Shown: positions 28,479-38,878, numbered from the whole stretch's first letter. The stretch: DNA of 62,698 nucleotides, filler included, from Candidatus Omnitrophota bacterium (GCA_043813915.1; 5 parts of 5 records of this genome joined end to end with filler, not necessarily neighbours in it), one strand, 5' to 3'. The notes: generated by a model from the sequence alone, not told the origin. Translations and numbers: made by a program.

Positions 28479-28562
28479 TGTCTCTAATTAGGATTAGACC
28501 ACACGGCAGAACCCGTGTCAAGGGATTAGTTAGCAAGTTCGGAGTTCGTAGTTTACCCCTAA

Positions 28563-28696
28563 ATCCATCCGGGATAAAACCTATCCGGGATAAAATGTTG
28601 TATTTTCCAGGAGAAAATATGAGTTTAAAGTGTCTATAATAGTAGGTCCCCACATTTCCATCCGGGATAGATATTATCCCGGATGGAAATGTGGGA
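28563..28696. repeat. REPs upstream of RAYT
   Basis: ATCCATCCGGGATAAAA and palindrome CCCACATTTCCATCCGGGATA...TATCCCGGATGGAAATGTGGG. Confidence 0.9.
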
Positions 28697-28739
28697 TAAA
28701 AGATGAAATCCGTATTCATGCCCCAAAAAGGAGGTTGAA

Positions 28740-29417
28740 ATGCCAAAAAGAAAAATACCGTTACAGGATACAGAGATATACCACATATATACCAAAAGCA
28801 TAGCTGGCTTTAAAATATTCAATCATTCTTCGGAGTATATACGGATGTTAAATCTTATGGCTTTCTACAACGGATCAGAACAACCTTGTAGTTTTTCTGA
28901 TCTTGAAAAACTCTCTGAAAAACGCTTGATAGACACTTCATTGCTATTAAAGCCAATAACGTCACAAAAAAGAGTTGATATCCTAGCTTATTGCCTAATG
29001 CCAACCCACATGCATTTGATCCTTAAGCAAATAGCCAATGACGGAATATCTAAATTTACTAAAGCCATTCTTAAGAGTCATAGCCAGTATATCAATGGGA
29101 AATATAAAAGAAGGGGACCCTTATGGGAAGGACGCTTCAAAAATGTGTTAGTTGAAACCGATGAATATCTTTTACATTTAACAAGATATATACATCTAAA
29201 TCCCACAAGTGACGATCTTGTGGATAAACCCGAAAACTGGAACTATTCTTCATACAAAGCTTACTTAAAAATTCCCGATAATATTACCGTTCAAGATAAT
29301 CTATGTGCTCATGAAAAGTATATCGAAATCAGGCCAAGTGCTTATAAGCAATTCGTAGAGGATAGGGTAAGCTATCAAAAAATGCTAAGCCAGATTAAGC
29401 ACTTGACCCTCGAATAG
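28740..29417 (+). CDS. REP-associated tyrosine transposase (RAYT, Y1 HuH)
   Basis: AYCLMPTHMHLIL, GPLWEGRFK, YIHLNP, WNYSSY; flanked by REPs. Confidence 0.92.
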   Translation: MPKRKIPLQDTEIYHIYTKSIAGFKIFNHSSEYIRMLNLMAFYNGSEQPCSFSDLEKLSEKRLIDTSLLLKPITSQKRVDILAYCLMPTHMHLILKQIANDGISKFTKAILKSHSQYINGKYKRRGPLWEGRFKNVLVETDEYLLHLTRYIHLNPTSDDLVDKPENWNYSSYKAYLKIPDNITVQDNLCAHEKYIEIRPSAYKQFVEDRVSYQKMLSQIKHLTLE

Positions 29418-29425
29418 CTTAAAGC

Positions 29426-29476
29426 TTCCCCTGAATCCATCCGGGATAAAACTTATCCCGGATGGATTCAGGGGAA
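29426..29476. repeat. REP downstream of RAYT
   Basis: TTCCCCTGAATCCATCCGGGATAA...TTATCCCGGATGGATTCAGGGGAA. Confidence 0.9.
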
Positions 29477-29496
29477 ATGTGTAACTTTTGAGAGGG

Positions 29497-32061
29497 TTAT
29501 TTGGAAAAACACACTACTTGCTGGGACATGACGTCCGACATAAGTTTAAGATCCACGTCGTATACACCTATAACATCTTTATACTTTTCGGCGTCGGGGA
29601 CCATTTCAGGTAATCTGTTATTGAAGGAACTGAAATATCCGTCATTGAACACAACATTATCGTTTGCCGGAAAAAGTGCAACATAAAATATGTCCGTCTC
29701 CACAAGGTCCAGAAAAAAATGCGTCCCGAACGACAGTTCAGGCATAAGATTTCCTTCAGGAAAAGCTATCTCTCCCATAGCAGTTATATTGCTTATTTCG
29801 GCGAAACTTACCGGAACACCCAGTGAAGGCGTGGAAGTCCCCCATCTTCCGGGACCCAGAAGAAGTGTAGGTATTGTATCCCTATCCCCTATCTCCATGT
29901 TCAATTTCCCTATCGTACGGGCTATATCATATTTTTCGGACAAGGTCAGCGCAATATATTTTAATGGGTCTACGTACATTATCCTTCGGATAGGCTGAGA
30001 AACGTTCCCGCCCAGAAAATATCCTTCAGAGCTAAAAACGGTATCTTTATCACTTATTCCTGACGGTATTTCGACCTTTTTACCTATACCGTGGGTCGGA
30101 AGCGGTCTGCATTGGAGCAGGTTCATTTTGAATTTTCCTTCCTTCTTGAAATTCACGGTGAATTCTATCTCCACGGGATATTGATAATTATCCTCAAGCG
30201 TCTTAAGAACCTTACCTAGAATGCCCGAGAACGCGTCATCCGAAAAAAGCTTGTCAAACGTGATTATCCGGACGTCTCTGGGCTCCAAACCTTTGTCTTT
30301 CATCCATCTTATCGACGCTTCGTCCTTTACGGCGATAAGATCAAGATCAAGTTCTCGATCACTGTTGAGCAATCCATCGAACGGGACGGTCTCGAACATA
30401 TTGTTCTTAACATTAATGACATCTACATTATGTTGGGAGAACCTTTTTATATCGCTCATATCGGCGTAAGGTTTCAAGAGCGGTTCGTCCAGGGCCACTA
30501 TCCTGGGATAATCTCCCTCTACTCGGTTGACCGCGCGTGTCCCGAGCCCGAATACTATACGCAGTACACCCGCTTCGGACCTCATTTTTTTGTTCCAGAC
30601 ATATGTGTTATGGGAAACGCCTACACCCCCGATATCCGGAAAGAAAAGGTCATCATGATACGCTCCGGACACACGCTGGACCAAAAGGGCCATCTGTTCA
30701 TCGAGAGAGTCCAACCCCCTTTTATGACGGTATGCCAACGCGTCCTCGCTCATAGTGCTCGCGTATATCTTTCTTACGGCATCAAGGAATTGCATGTAGC
30801 GCTGTTCCGGGGTTCCCTGGTTAGGGCAGAACACACTTTCGTATTTACCGGCGAACGCGTTACCAAAACCGTCCTCAAGCAGACTGCTTGAACGGACGAT
30901 GATCGGCGAGGTGCCGAAATACTCTATCATCTGCTGGAACTGTTCCATCACCTCATCGGGGAACTTCCCGTGAAGCATTCTTTCCTTAAGAGAACGCGCG
31001 GCGTCGAAATACCCCTCTTTGGTCTTCTGTTCCATACGCAATTTCCACCAATTGTTCTGCACTATGTAGGAATAGAACACATCGGACCCTATATAGAAAG
31101 AATCGTGCGGCTCGGCTACTTCTTTCCATCCCAGCTTTTCTTTTTTCTCCAATATCTTTCTGGCCAAAAGCATACCTACCGCTTTCCCGCCTATATATCC
31201 TGTCCCTATAAGTCTTGCTTTGATATCGATAAGTTCGGCCAAAGAAAAGTTCTTTGAGGCTAGGGACAGTATTTTTTCGTCCCTTCCTATCATGATCCCG
31301 CATAACCGTTCGATCATTTCAAGTTTTCGGCCCTTCCCCGGAGAAGCCGCGTCAAGCTCTTCCGCCTTAAGGAAAAGTCTGTCCCAATAGTCGATATACC
31401 GTTTTAAGTTTTCGGTGCCTTTTTGTTTTATGTAGGATAATACTTCCGCCGCGTTCCCGCTGTCGGTTAACGGAACGAATTCTTTTCCCTCTTTCTTATG
31501 AGGAAGGAACATCGTGGGTGAATATCTGTTCCACACTTTGAGAGGATGAACATAGTAGTTACCATAGCACCTGTAAACATCCAGAAGAAGCTGGGTAGTC
31601 TCTCTTATCCGGGCTACTGTCTTGAAAGAATGGTTATTGCGTAATATGGAAAAATATGTCACCGTGTCCAGTTCGTAAAGATACGGACATGTGATCATAA
31701 AAAAATTGCTTATCATAAGGTCCGTAGCCCAGGCGGGGAGAAGGTCCGAAAGGCAATCGAATACATAATAAGCCCCTATACCTTCCTCGGTGATTATGTT
31801 ATTCACCTCGGTCGAAAAAGACTCGAAACCTCCCTTGGCATCAAGCTCATAGACCTTTATCCCCTTAGTCGGGGCAAGAAGGGACTCGTGCTCCGCGAAC
31901 CTCATGTATACGACATTCTTGTTCTCTTTTAGTGCCTGTTCCACGAAGGGAGTGACAAAATCCTTATACTCGTCGATCTCGTCTATTTGCCAGACAACAT
32001 TGTCGCCCGCTCTCAGACCGTTAAGTATATCGTCCAGACCTATTATACCTGTACTGATCAT
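29497..32061 (-). CDS. PEP/pyruvate-binding (PPDK N-terminal ATP-grasp) domain protein with KaiC/RecA-like N-terminus
   Basis: IGGKA, IVRSSSLLED, FAGKYES, FGLGTRAV, EIEF, LLQCRP, GPGRWG; N-terminal ISTGIIGLDDIL. Confidence 0.85.
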   Translation of the reverse strand: MISTGIIGLDDILNGLRAGDNVVWQIDEIDEYKDFVTPFVEQALKENKNVVYMRFAEHESLLAPTKGIKVYELDAKGGFESFSTEVNNIITEEGIGAYYVFDCLSDLLPAWATDLMISNFFMITCPYLYELDTVTYFSILRNNHSFKTVARIRETTQLLLDVYRCYGNYYVHPLKVWNRYSPTMFLPHKKEGKEFVPLTDSGNAAEVLSYIKQKGTENLKRYIDYWDRLFLKAEELDAASPGKGRKLEMIERLCGIMIGRDEKILSLASKNFSLAELIDIKARLIGTGYIGGKAVGMLLARKILEKKEKLGWKEVAEPHDSFYIGSDVFYSYIVQNNWWKLRMEQKTKEGYFDAARSLKERMLHGKFPDEVMEQFQQMIEYFGTSPIIVRSSSLLEDGFGNAFAGKYESVFCPNQGTPEQRYMQFLDAVRKIYASTMSEDALAYRHKRGLDSLDEQMALLVQRVSGAYHDDLFFPDIGGVGVSHNTYVWNKKMRSEAGVLRIVFGLGTRAVNRVEGDYPRIVALDEPLLKPYADMSDIKRFSQHNVDVINVKNNMFETVPFDGLLNSDRELDLDLIAVKDEASIRWMKDKGLEPRDVRIITFDKLFSDDAFSGILGKVLKTLEDNYQYPVEIEFTVNFKKEGKFKMNLLQCRPLPTHGIGKKVEIPSGISDKDTVFSSEGYFLGGNVSQPIRRIMYVDPLKYIALTLSEKYDIARTIGKLNMEIGDRDTIPTLLLGPGRWGTSTPSLGVPVSFAEISNITAMGEIAFPEGNLMPELSFGTHFFLDLVETDIFYVALFPANDNVVFNDGYFSSFNNRLPEMVPDAEKYKDVIGVYDVDLKLMSDVMSQQVVCFSK

Positions 32062-32077
32062 ATACACCCCTTTACCT

Positions 32078-32261
32078 GTCAATTCACCGATACCCCGGTC
32101 TGAAGGCTAGGGCTTGCTTGCCCTGCCTGTCCCGAGCTTGTCGAGGGGAGCGAAGCCGAAGAGTTCCCAATTGACCCCTGCAGCGTCCCGAGCACCGCGA
32201 GGGGAGCCCGGCTATTTCCCCCGCGCTAAAGCACGGGGCTTCGCCGGGGGCGAATGGGTGA
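32078..32261 (+). mobile_element. Non-autonomous IS200/IS605-like (PATE/MITE) element
   Basis: GTCAAT...ACCCCGGTCTGAAGGCTAGGGCTTG left end and TTCCCCCGCGCTAAAGCACGGGGCTTC right end; 23-bp identical copy at 44810. Confidence 0.6.
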
Positions 32262-32266
32262 TATTT

Positions 32267-33712
32267 TCACATGTCCGGGAGAGACGTTCCCTTCATCAGG
32301 AACTTATCTATATGATGCGCCGCCCTGCGTCCTTCGGACACGGCCCATACTATCAGGGATTGGCCTCTGCGCATATCACCCGCCGCAAATATTTTATCGG
32401 CTGATGTCTTAAAACCGTTGTCGGTCAGAACATTCCCTCTGTTATCGAATTTAAGGCCTAATCCGTCTAGAAGACCTTTGTGTTCGGGATGCAGAAAACC
32501 CAGCGCGAGTATAACAAGATCCGTTTCTATCTCGAAAACGCTGCCTGGTATTTCCCTCATAACGGGACACGCGTTAGCGGCCGCTGTATCGAATTCCACC
32601 CGGGCGCACTCGAGTTTTACGACGCGTCCGGCTTCTCCTATGAATCTTTTGGTAAGAACGGACCAATCTCTCTCGCTCCCTTCTTCGTGGCTGGAAGATG
32701 TTTTCAGCGTCAGAGGATATACAGGCCACGGGTAATCTTCGGTCCTGCATGCGGACGGTTTCGGCATTATTTCTATCTGAACGACGCATGAAGCGCCCTG
32801 GCGGTTAGCCGTCCCCACGCAATCCGCTCCGGTATCCCCACCCCCTATTATCACTACTTTCTTCCCTTTCGCGTCTATGATCTTTTCTCCGGTGATATTT
32901 TCTCCGGACAATCTCTTATTATTCTGAACAAGATACTCCATGGCGAAATGTATGCCTTCCAGGTCCCTTCCTTCTATAGCAAGGTCCCTGGGTTTATCGG
33001 ATCCCCCGGTAAGACATACCGCGTCATATTCCTTCATTATCTTGTCGGTCCCTTTGTCTTTACCGACGTTGAACGAAGTAACGAACTCGACCCCCTCCTC
33101 TTTCATTAGATCGATACGTCTATCCAGTATCCATTTCTCGAGTTTAAAATCAGGTATCCCGTATCTCATTATGCCGCCGGGTTTTTCCGATCTTTCGAAC
33201 ACGACCACATTATGTCCGGCTTTGTTAAGCTGAGCGGCGCATGACAAGCCGGTGGGACCGGATCCGACAACGGCCACTTTTTTACCCGTTTTTTCTATCA
33301 CCTGATACGGCTTAATACCGGCCACCCCGAACGCATGCTCTATTATCCCGAGTTCGTTCTCTCTTATGCTCACAGGGTCGTCGTTTATTCCGAGCACACA
33401 AGCATGTTCACAAGGCGCGGGACATATTCTTCCGGTGATCTCAGGCAGGTTATTCGAAGCGTTCAATAACGCAAAAGCTTTCTTCCAATGTCCCTCGGAC
33501 ATAAGATCGTTCCATTCCGGTATGTAATTGCCTATCGGGCATCCCCAGTGACAGAAAGGCGTACCGCAATCCATACAGCGCGCCGCCTGGTCAAGGGATT
33601 CTTCCTCTTTCCTGATCACGTAAACATGGTTGTAGTCCTTGACCCTTTCGCAAACAGGCCTGTATGTGCCGTCTTGTCGTTTACCTTTTAAAAAACCTTT
33701 AGGATCACCCAT
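32267..33712 (-). CDS. gltD: Glutamate synthase small subunit
   Basis: RCMDCGTPFCH, GRICPAPCE, GSGPTG, GGGDTGADC, AGDMRRGQSL. Confidence 0.97.
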   Translation of the reverse strand: MGDPKGFLKGKRQDGTYRPVCERVKDYNHVYVIRKEEESLDQAARCMDCGTPFCHWGCPIGNYIPEWNDLMSEGHWKKAFALLNASNNLPEITGRICPAPCEHACVLGINDDPVSIRENELGIIEHAFGVAGIKPYQVIEKTGKKVAVVGSGPTGLSCAAQLNKAGHNVVVFERSEKPGGIMRYGIPDFKLEKWILDRRIDLMKEEGVEFVTSFNVGKDKGTDKIMKEYDAVCLTGGSDKPRDLAIEGRDLEGIHFAMEYLVQNNKRLSGENITGEKIIDAKGKKVVIIGGGDTGADCVGTANRQGASCVVQIEIMPKPSACRTEDYPWPVYPLTLKTSSSHEEGSERDWSVLTKRFIGEAGRVVKLECARVEFDTAAANACPVMREIPGSVFEIETDLVILALGFLHPEHKGLLDGLGLKFDNRGNVLTDNGFKTSADKIFAAGDMRRGQSLIVWAVSEGRRAAHHIDKFLMKGTSLPDM

Positions 33713-36700
33713 CTGTTTCCTCCAAAAGACCCAGATCAGCTTCTACTTTTCTGCTTTCAAGTATGCGCTTATACTCCACAGGCAATACCTTGATAAAATG
33801 CCTAGATCCTTTTTTAAGGTCTTTAAGGACTTTCTCCGCGCTGCGGCTGTGCGTATATCTTTCATAATTACGCAGCATATTATAGACGGTAGTTATATCT
33901 TCCTCCTGCAGCCTTTCGAGCTTAACCATATCAAGGTTGCATCTCTTTCTGAAATCGCCGCAGGCATCATACACATAAGCTATCCCGCCGGACATTCCCG
34001 CCGCAAAGTTCCTGCCTGTTCTACCGAGCACTACGACCCTTCCTCCGGTCATATATTCGCAACCGTGATCCCCCACGCCTTCTACTACGGCATATAATCC
34101 TGAATTCCTTATACAAAAACGTTCTCCTGCCAATCCGCCTACATAAGCCTCTCCTGATATGGCCCCGTAGAACGCGGTATTCCCTATTATCATATTGTCG
34201 GCGGGATCATAATCAGCCCCTTTACCGGAACGTATTATCAATTTCCCTCCGCTCATCCCTTTACCCACATAGTCATTGGCCATACCGCTAAGCTCGAACG
34301 TTATCCCTTTCGCGAGGAACGCACCGAAACTCTGGCCGGCAACACCGGTGAACCTAGAATAAATAGTATCGGCAGGAAGTCCTCTCTCTCCCCAGGTCTG
34401 ACAGACCTTACCGCTCAGCATAGCGCCTACTGCCCTGTTGAAATTCTTTATTTCAAGATCGATCTCCACTTTTTTTGCGGTCTTGATCGCGTCTTTCGAT
34501 AGTTCTATAAGATCGAGGTCCAGGACATCGTCTATCCTATGGTCCTGAACAGAAACGCACCTTAGAGAAATACCTTCGGGCACTTCCGTCCTGTGTATGA
34601 TCCTTGAAAGGTCCAGGCCCGAGGCTTTCTCCGGAAAGATCTCCCTGTTCTCTTCAAGCAGATCGGTCCGTCCGATCATCTCATCTATTGTCCGGATACC
34701 TAACTCGGCCATTATTTCCCGCATTTCCCGGGCTATGAATCTCATATAGTTCACGATATAACCTGGTCTGCCCAAGAACCTTTCCTGAAGCATCTCGTCC
34801 TGCGTAGCTATTCCTACGGAACAATTGTTCAAATGACAATGCCGGAGCATCACGCATCCCAGAGTGATAAGAACGGCTGTTCCGAACCCGAATTCTTCTG
34901 CTCCCAGAAGCGCCGCTATCGCCACGTCTCTCCCGGTCCTCATCTGTCCGTCGGTCTGCAGCCGAACACGTCCGCGCAGACCGTTGAGTAGAAGCGTCTG
35001 ATGTGTTTCCGAAAGCCCGAGTTCCCAAGGAAGCCCCGCGTACCTGATCGAACTTCTGGGGGACGCTCCTGTCCCGCCGTCACCTCCCGAAATAAGTATC
35101 ATATCCGCGTGCCCTTTCGCTACGCCTGCGGCAACCGTTCCCACTCCCATTTCAGAAACTAATTTAACGCTTATGCGCGCGGCGGGATTAACGTTCTTAA
35201 GATCGAATATCAGCTGCGCAAGGTCTTCTATGGAATATATATCATGATGCGGCGGCGGGGATATAAGAGTAACTCCCGGTGTAGTATACCTCGTTCTGGC
35301 TATTCTGGCGCTGACCTTATGTCCGGGAAGCTGACCACCTTCACCGGGTTTCGCGCCTTGAGCGATCTTTATCTGCAGTTCGTCGGCATTGACCAGATAG
35401 TTCGTGGTAACACCGAACCTGCCGGAAGCCACCTGTTTTATAGCGCTTCTGGCCGAATCGCCGTTAGGAAATGAAACGAACCTCGCGGGATCCTCTCCTC
35501 CTTCACCGGTATTGGATCTCGCCCCGATACGGTTCATAGCGATCGCTATAGCTTCATGGGCGCTGCGGCTTATCGACCCCAGGCTCATCGCTCCTGTAAC
35601 AAAACGTTTTATTACCGCGTCCTCGGGTTCCACTTCATCGATGGATATCGGCGCGGTCTTTTTGAACTTTAACAGGCTTCTGATGGTCGAAGGGTTCTCG
35701 GACTGGTCGTTTATCAGTCTGGCGAATTCCTTGTATCTGGCATAGTCATTGTTCCTGACCGAATCCTGCAGAGCCGCTATGCTTTCCGGATTCCATAGAT
35801 GGAACTCACCATCTCTTTTCCATTGATATACTCCACCTGTAGGCAGAATATCCGGGTCCGTTCCGCCCCTTTCGGGATACGCTTCCTCATGCTGTTTTAT
35901 TACTTTAGAAGCTATATCCTCTAGTCCTATCCCGCCGATCCTGGAAATGGTATGCGTGAAATATTCATCTATCACTTCGCCTTTTATCCCCAACGCCTCG
36001 AATATCTGGGCTCCCCGATAGCTGGAAAGGGTCGATATGCCCATTTTGGAAAGTACCTTCAATATCCCTTTTATCACGGATACCCTGTAATTCTCAAGCG
36101 CATCCTCAAGCTCGGTCCCGATCTCTCCGGCCTGCTTCATCTGCTCTATAGCCCTGTATGCAAGATACGGGTTAACACAATCCGCTCCGTACGCCGAAAG
36201 AAGCGCGAAATGGTTCACTTCCCTCGGTTCTCCGCTTTCCACTATCAGGCTTATCTGCGAACGTATGGCTTTTTTGACAAGATGGTGATGTACCGCGCTC
36301 ACGGCTAGAAGCGCCGGCAACGCGGCGTTTTCTTTATTCACTCCACGGTCCGACAATATCACGAAGGAGTATCCCTGCTCGATCGCGAATTCCGCCTCAA
36401 AACATATCCTTCCAAGTGCCTGCTTAAGATCATCGACCGTTCCGGGCCGAAAAAGAGTGTAGATGCATTTTGTCTTGAACCCGTTCACGCTTATATCGCG
36501 TATGGTCTCGAGCTCTTCGTTGGTGATAATAGGCCTCTCGACCCTCAACTTATGGCAATGTTCCGGACCGTCGTTCAATATATTCTTACCGGACCCGATA
36601 TAATTATCCGTGCTCATGACCAGCTCTTCCCTTATGGGATCTATGGCGGGATTGGTCACTTGAGCGAAAAGCTGTTTAAAATGATCATAGAGCATCTGCG

Positions 36701-38237
36701 GTCTTTTCGATAAGAACGCGTGCGGAGTATCGTTCCCCATGGACCCTATCGGTTCTTTACCCGTTTCTGCCATGGTTTTTATTATGACATTAAGGTCCTC
36801 CCGGGTGTATCCGAAAGCCTTAAGGTTAGGGAAAATATCCGGTTCATTCTTCTTGGTCACGCCTGTACGGACAAGATCATCAAGCTCCACCAGATGTTCC
36901 CTATTCCACTCACCATAAGGTTTTTCCGCCGAAAGTGTCTTCTTGATCTCAGCGTCGTCAATAATGCGTCCCTCCGAGGTATCGATATACAGCATTTTGC
37001 CCGGTTCCAGTCTTCCGGAATGGGAGATCTCAGAAGGGTCAATATCCTGCACGCCTACTTCCGATGCCATAATAACGGTCCCGCTTTTTGTGACGATATA
37101 CCGCGCAGGACGCAGCCCGTTCCTGTCAAGAATAGCTCCGATATTCACGCCGTCAGTGAACGCTATTGCCGCCGGTCCGTCCCAAGGTTCCATCAGGCAT
37201 GCATGGTATTTATAGAATTCTTTCAGATCTTTTTCCATTGATCTGTCCTGCTCCCAGGCCACGGGTATAAGCATCATCATGGCATGCGCCAGAGAACGGC
37301 CGGATAGCGTGAGCAGTTCGAACACATTATCTATGGTAGCCGAATCGCTCCCTCTTTCGACTATAACGGGTTTTATCTTAGCAATATCGTTTCCGAACAG
37401 TTCGCTTGCAAGAAGCCTTTCTCCGGCCCGGAACCAGTTTATGTTCCCTCTTAAAGTGTTTATCTCCCCGTTATGAGCGAGAAACCTGAACGGCTGAGCC
37501 AGGTCCCATGTAGGAAAAGTATTAGTACTATACCTAGAATGCACGAGGGCCAGGGCGCTCTCTATCCTTGTATCCTTGAGATCAAGATAATAATCTTTTA
37601 CCTGGTCGGGCATTAAAAGCCCTTTATAGCTTATGGTCCTTGAGGATAGATTCGTTATATAAAAGAAATCCTTCTGCTTTATCGCGGAAGCCCCTATTTC
37701 TTTCTCTATCACTCTCCTTACAATATAAAGTTTGCGTTCAAAGACCGGTTTATCATTTATGGCCTTATTCTTACCTATGAACACTTGGCGAATAACGGGC
37801 TGTGTGTCTCTGGCGGTCTTTCCTATTATCGAACCGTCGACAGGGACATCCCTCCATCCTAAAAGGACCTGCCCTTCTTTTTTCACGGTCTTAGCGAAGA
37901 TCTCTTCGCAATATTCGCGTTCGGAAGCGTCCGAAGGCATAAATACTATTCCTGTCCCGTATTCTCCTTCTCCCGGAAGAGTTATGCCCTTATCCGCGCA
38001 AACGGCCTTGCAGAATCCATGAGGCACCTGAATGAGTATACCCGCCCCGTCCCCTGTTTTCGGATCGGCTCCTACGGCTCCTCTATGGCCCAGCCTCTCA
38101 AGGACCTCAATACCTTTCCTGACGGTATCGTTCGACCTAGCGCCTTTTATATCACAGACGAACCCTACCCCGCAGCTGTCATGCTCAAAGCGCGGATCAT
38201 AAAGTCCCTGTCTTTTTGGAAACCGCGTATACCCCAT
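33705..38237 (-). CDS. gltB: Glutamate synthase large subunit
   Basis: EHDSCGVG, HSRYSTNT, EPWDGP, QGAKPGEGG, GXGXG C-terminal domain. Confidence 0.98.
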   Translation of the reverse strand: MGYTRFPKRQGLYDPRFEHDSCGVGFVCDIKGARSNDTVRKGIEVLERLGHRGAVGADPKTGDGAGILIQVPHGFCKAVCADKGITLPGEGEYGTGIVFMPSDASEREYCEEIFAKTVKKEGQVLLGWRDVPVDGSIIGKTARDTQPVIRQVFIGKNKAINDKPVFERKLYIVRRVIEKEIGASAIKQKDFFYITNLSSRTISYKGLLMPDQVKDYYLDLKDTRIESALALVHSRYSTNTFPTWDLAQPFRFLAHNGEINTLRGNINWFRAGERLLASELFGNDIAKIKPVIVERGSDSATIDNVFELLTLSGRSLAHAMMMLIPVAWEQDRSMEKDLKEFYKYHACLMEPWDGPAAIAFTDGVNIGAILDRNGLRPARYIVTKSGTVIMASEVGVQDIDPSEISHSGRLEPGKMLYIDTSEGRIIDDAEIKKTLSAEKPYGEWNREHLVELDDLVRTGVTKKNEPDIFPNLKAFGYTREDLNVIIKTMAETGKEPIGSMGNDTPHAFLSKRPQMLYDHFKQLFAQVTNPAIDPIREELVMSTDNYIGSGKNILNDGPEHCHKLRVERPIITNEELETIRDISVNGFKTKCIYTLFRPGTVDDLKQALGRICFEAEFAIEQGYSFVILSDRGVNKENAALPALLAVSAVHHHLVKKAIRSQISLIVESGEPREVNHFALLSAYGADCVNPYLAYRAIEQMKQAGEIGTELEDALENYRVSVIKGILKVLSKMGISTLSSYRGAQIFEALGIKGEVIDEYFTHTISRIGGIGLEDIASKVIKQHEEAYPERGGTDPDILPTGGVYQWKRDGEFHLWNPESIAALQDSVRNNDYARYKEFARLINDQSENPSTIRSLLKFKKTAPISIDEVEPEDAVIKRFVTGAMSLGSISRSAHEAIAIAMNRIGARSNTGEGGEDPARFVSFPNGDSARSAIKQVASGRFGVTTNYLVNADELQIKIAQGAKPGEGGQLPGHKVSARIARTRYTTPGVTLISPPPHHDIYSIEDLAQLIFDLKNVNPAARISVKLVSEMGVGTVAAGVAKGHADMILISGGDGGTGASPRSSIRYAGLPWELGLSETHQTLLLNGLRGRVRLQTDGQMRTGRDVAIAALLGAEEFGFGTAVLITLGCVMLRHCHLNNCSVGIATQDEMLQERFLGRPGYIVNYMRFIAREMREIMAELGIRTIDEMIGRTDLLEENREIFPEKASGLDLSRIIHRTEVPEGISLRCVSVQDHRIDDVLDLDLIELSKDAIKTAKKVEIDLEIKNFNRAVGAMLSGKVCQTWGERGLPADTIYSRFTGVAGQSFGAFLAKGITFELSGMANDYVGKGMSGGKLIIRSGKGADYDPADNMIIGNTAFYGAISGEAYVGGLAGERFCIRNSGLYAVVEGVGDHGCEYMTGGRVVVLGRTGRNFAAGMSGGIAYVYDACGDFRKRCNLDMVKLERLQEEDITTVYNMLRNYERYTHSRSAEKVLKDLKKGSRHFIKVLPVEYKRILESRKVEADLGLLEETDG

Positions 38238-38262
38238 TTTCTTTTCTCTTTTGCTATTAAGA

Positions 38263-38352
38263 TAAAAAAAGCCCCTAGAATTAACGTCATTCCAGGGGCT
38301 TCTTTGCCGATCCTATATTGTTGATTTTATCATCTAAAGTCCCTTATGTCAA
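38263..38352 (-). promoter_or_regulatory. gltB promoter and attenuator leader (ANTAR-like)
   Basis: TTGACA-17-TAAAAT with extended TG; GGC-AAAGAA-GCC hairpin overlapping the terminator AAGCCCCTGGAAT/ATTCTAGGGGCTT+U. Confidence 0.7.
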
Positions 38353-38453
38353 GTTATACGAAACCTCCTCTGGAACATGCTTGCTCTTCACCAATTTACT
38401 CCTATGAGCCGCTCACTTGACCAACACCACGTTCCTTACTATAGGTATCATAT

Positions 38454-38795
38454 CTACCCTATGGCTTCGGGTCCTGTCTCTCCGGTCCGGATACGCACGC
38501 ATTCCGGCAGATCAAGCACGAATATCTTACCGTCACCGATATTGCCTGTCCGTGCGCCCTTTATTATAGCATCTATGGTCGGTTTAACAAAATCAGCGTT
38601 GACCGCTATCTCGAGCCGCACTTTCTTCAAAAGATTCACTTCATGCGCCACACCTCGGTACGTTTCGGTAAATCCTTTTTGCTGACCGCATCCTAAAGCG
38701 TTAGTGACCGTCATTTTGTGAACTTCGGCATCGAATAACGCTTTTTTAACATCCGGCAATTTATGAGGCTGTATCATCGCTATTATGAGTTTCAT
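38454..38795 (-). CDS. glnK: P-II nitrogen regulator
   Basis: GCGQQKG, T-loop [20 protein letters not shown]; next to amtB. Confidence 0.93.
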   Translation of the reverse strand: MKLIIAMIQPHKLPDVKKALFDAEVHKMTVTNALGCGQQKGFTETYRGVAHEVNLLKKVRLEIAVNADFVKPTIDAIIKGARTGNIGDGKIFVLDLPECVRIRTGETGPEAIG

Positions 38796-38807
38796 TTTAT
38801 TTCCTCC

Positions 38808-38869
38808 TTAATTTTTACGAAGTGAAAATTAACCCTGAAAACGCGATGAACAAGAACGTTTGAAGGGTC
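38808..38869. repeat. Two-hairpin element abutting the glnK SD
   Basis: Homologous to 23190-23251. Confidence 0.8.
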
Positions 38870-38878
38870 TACTCCTCT

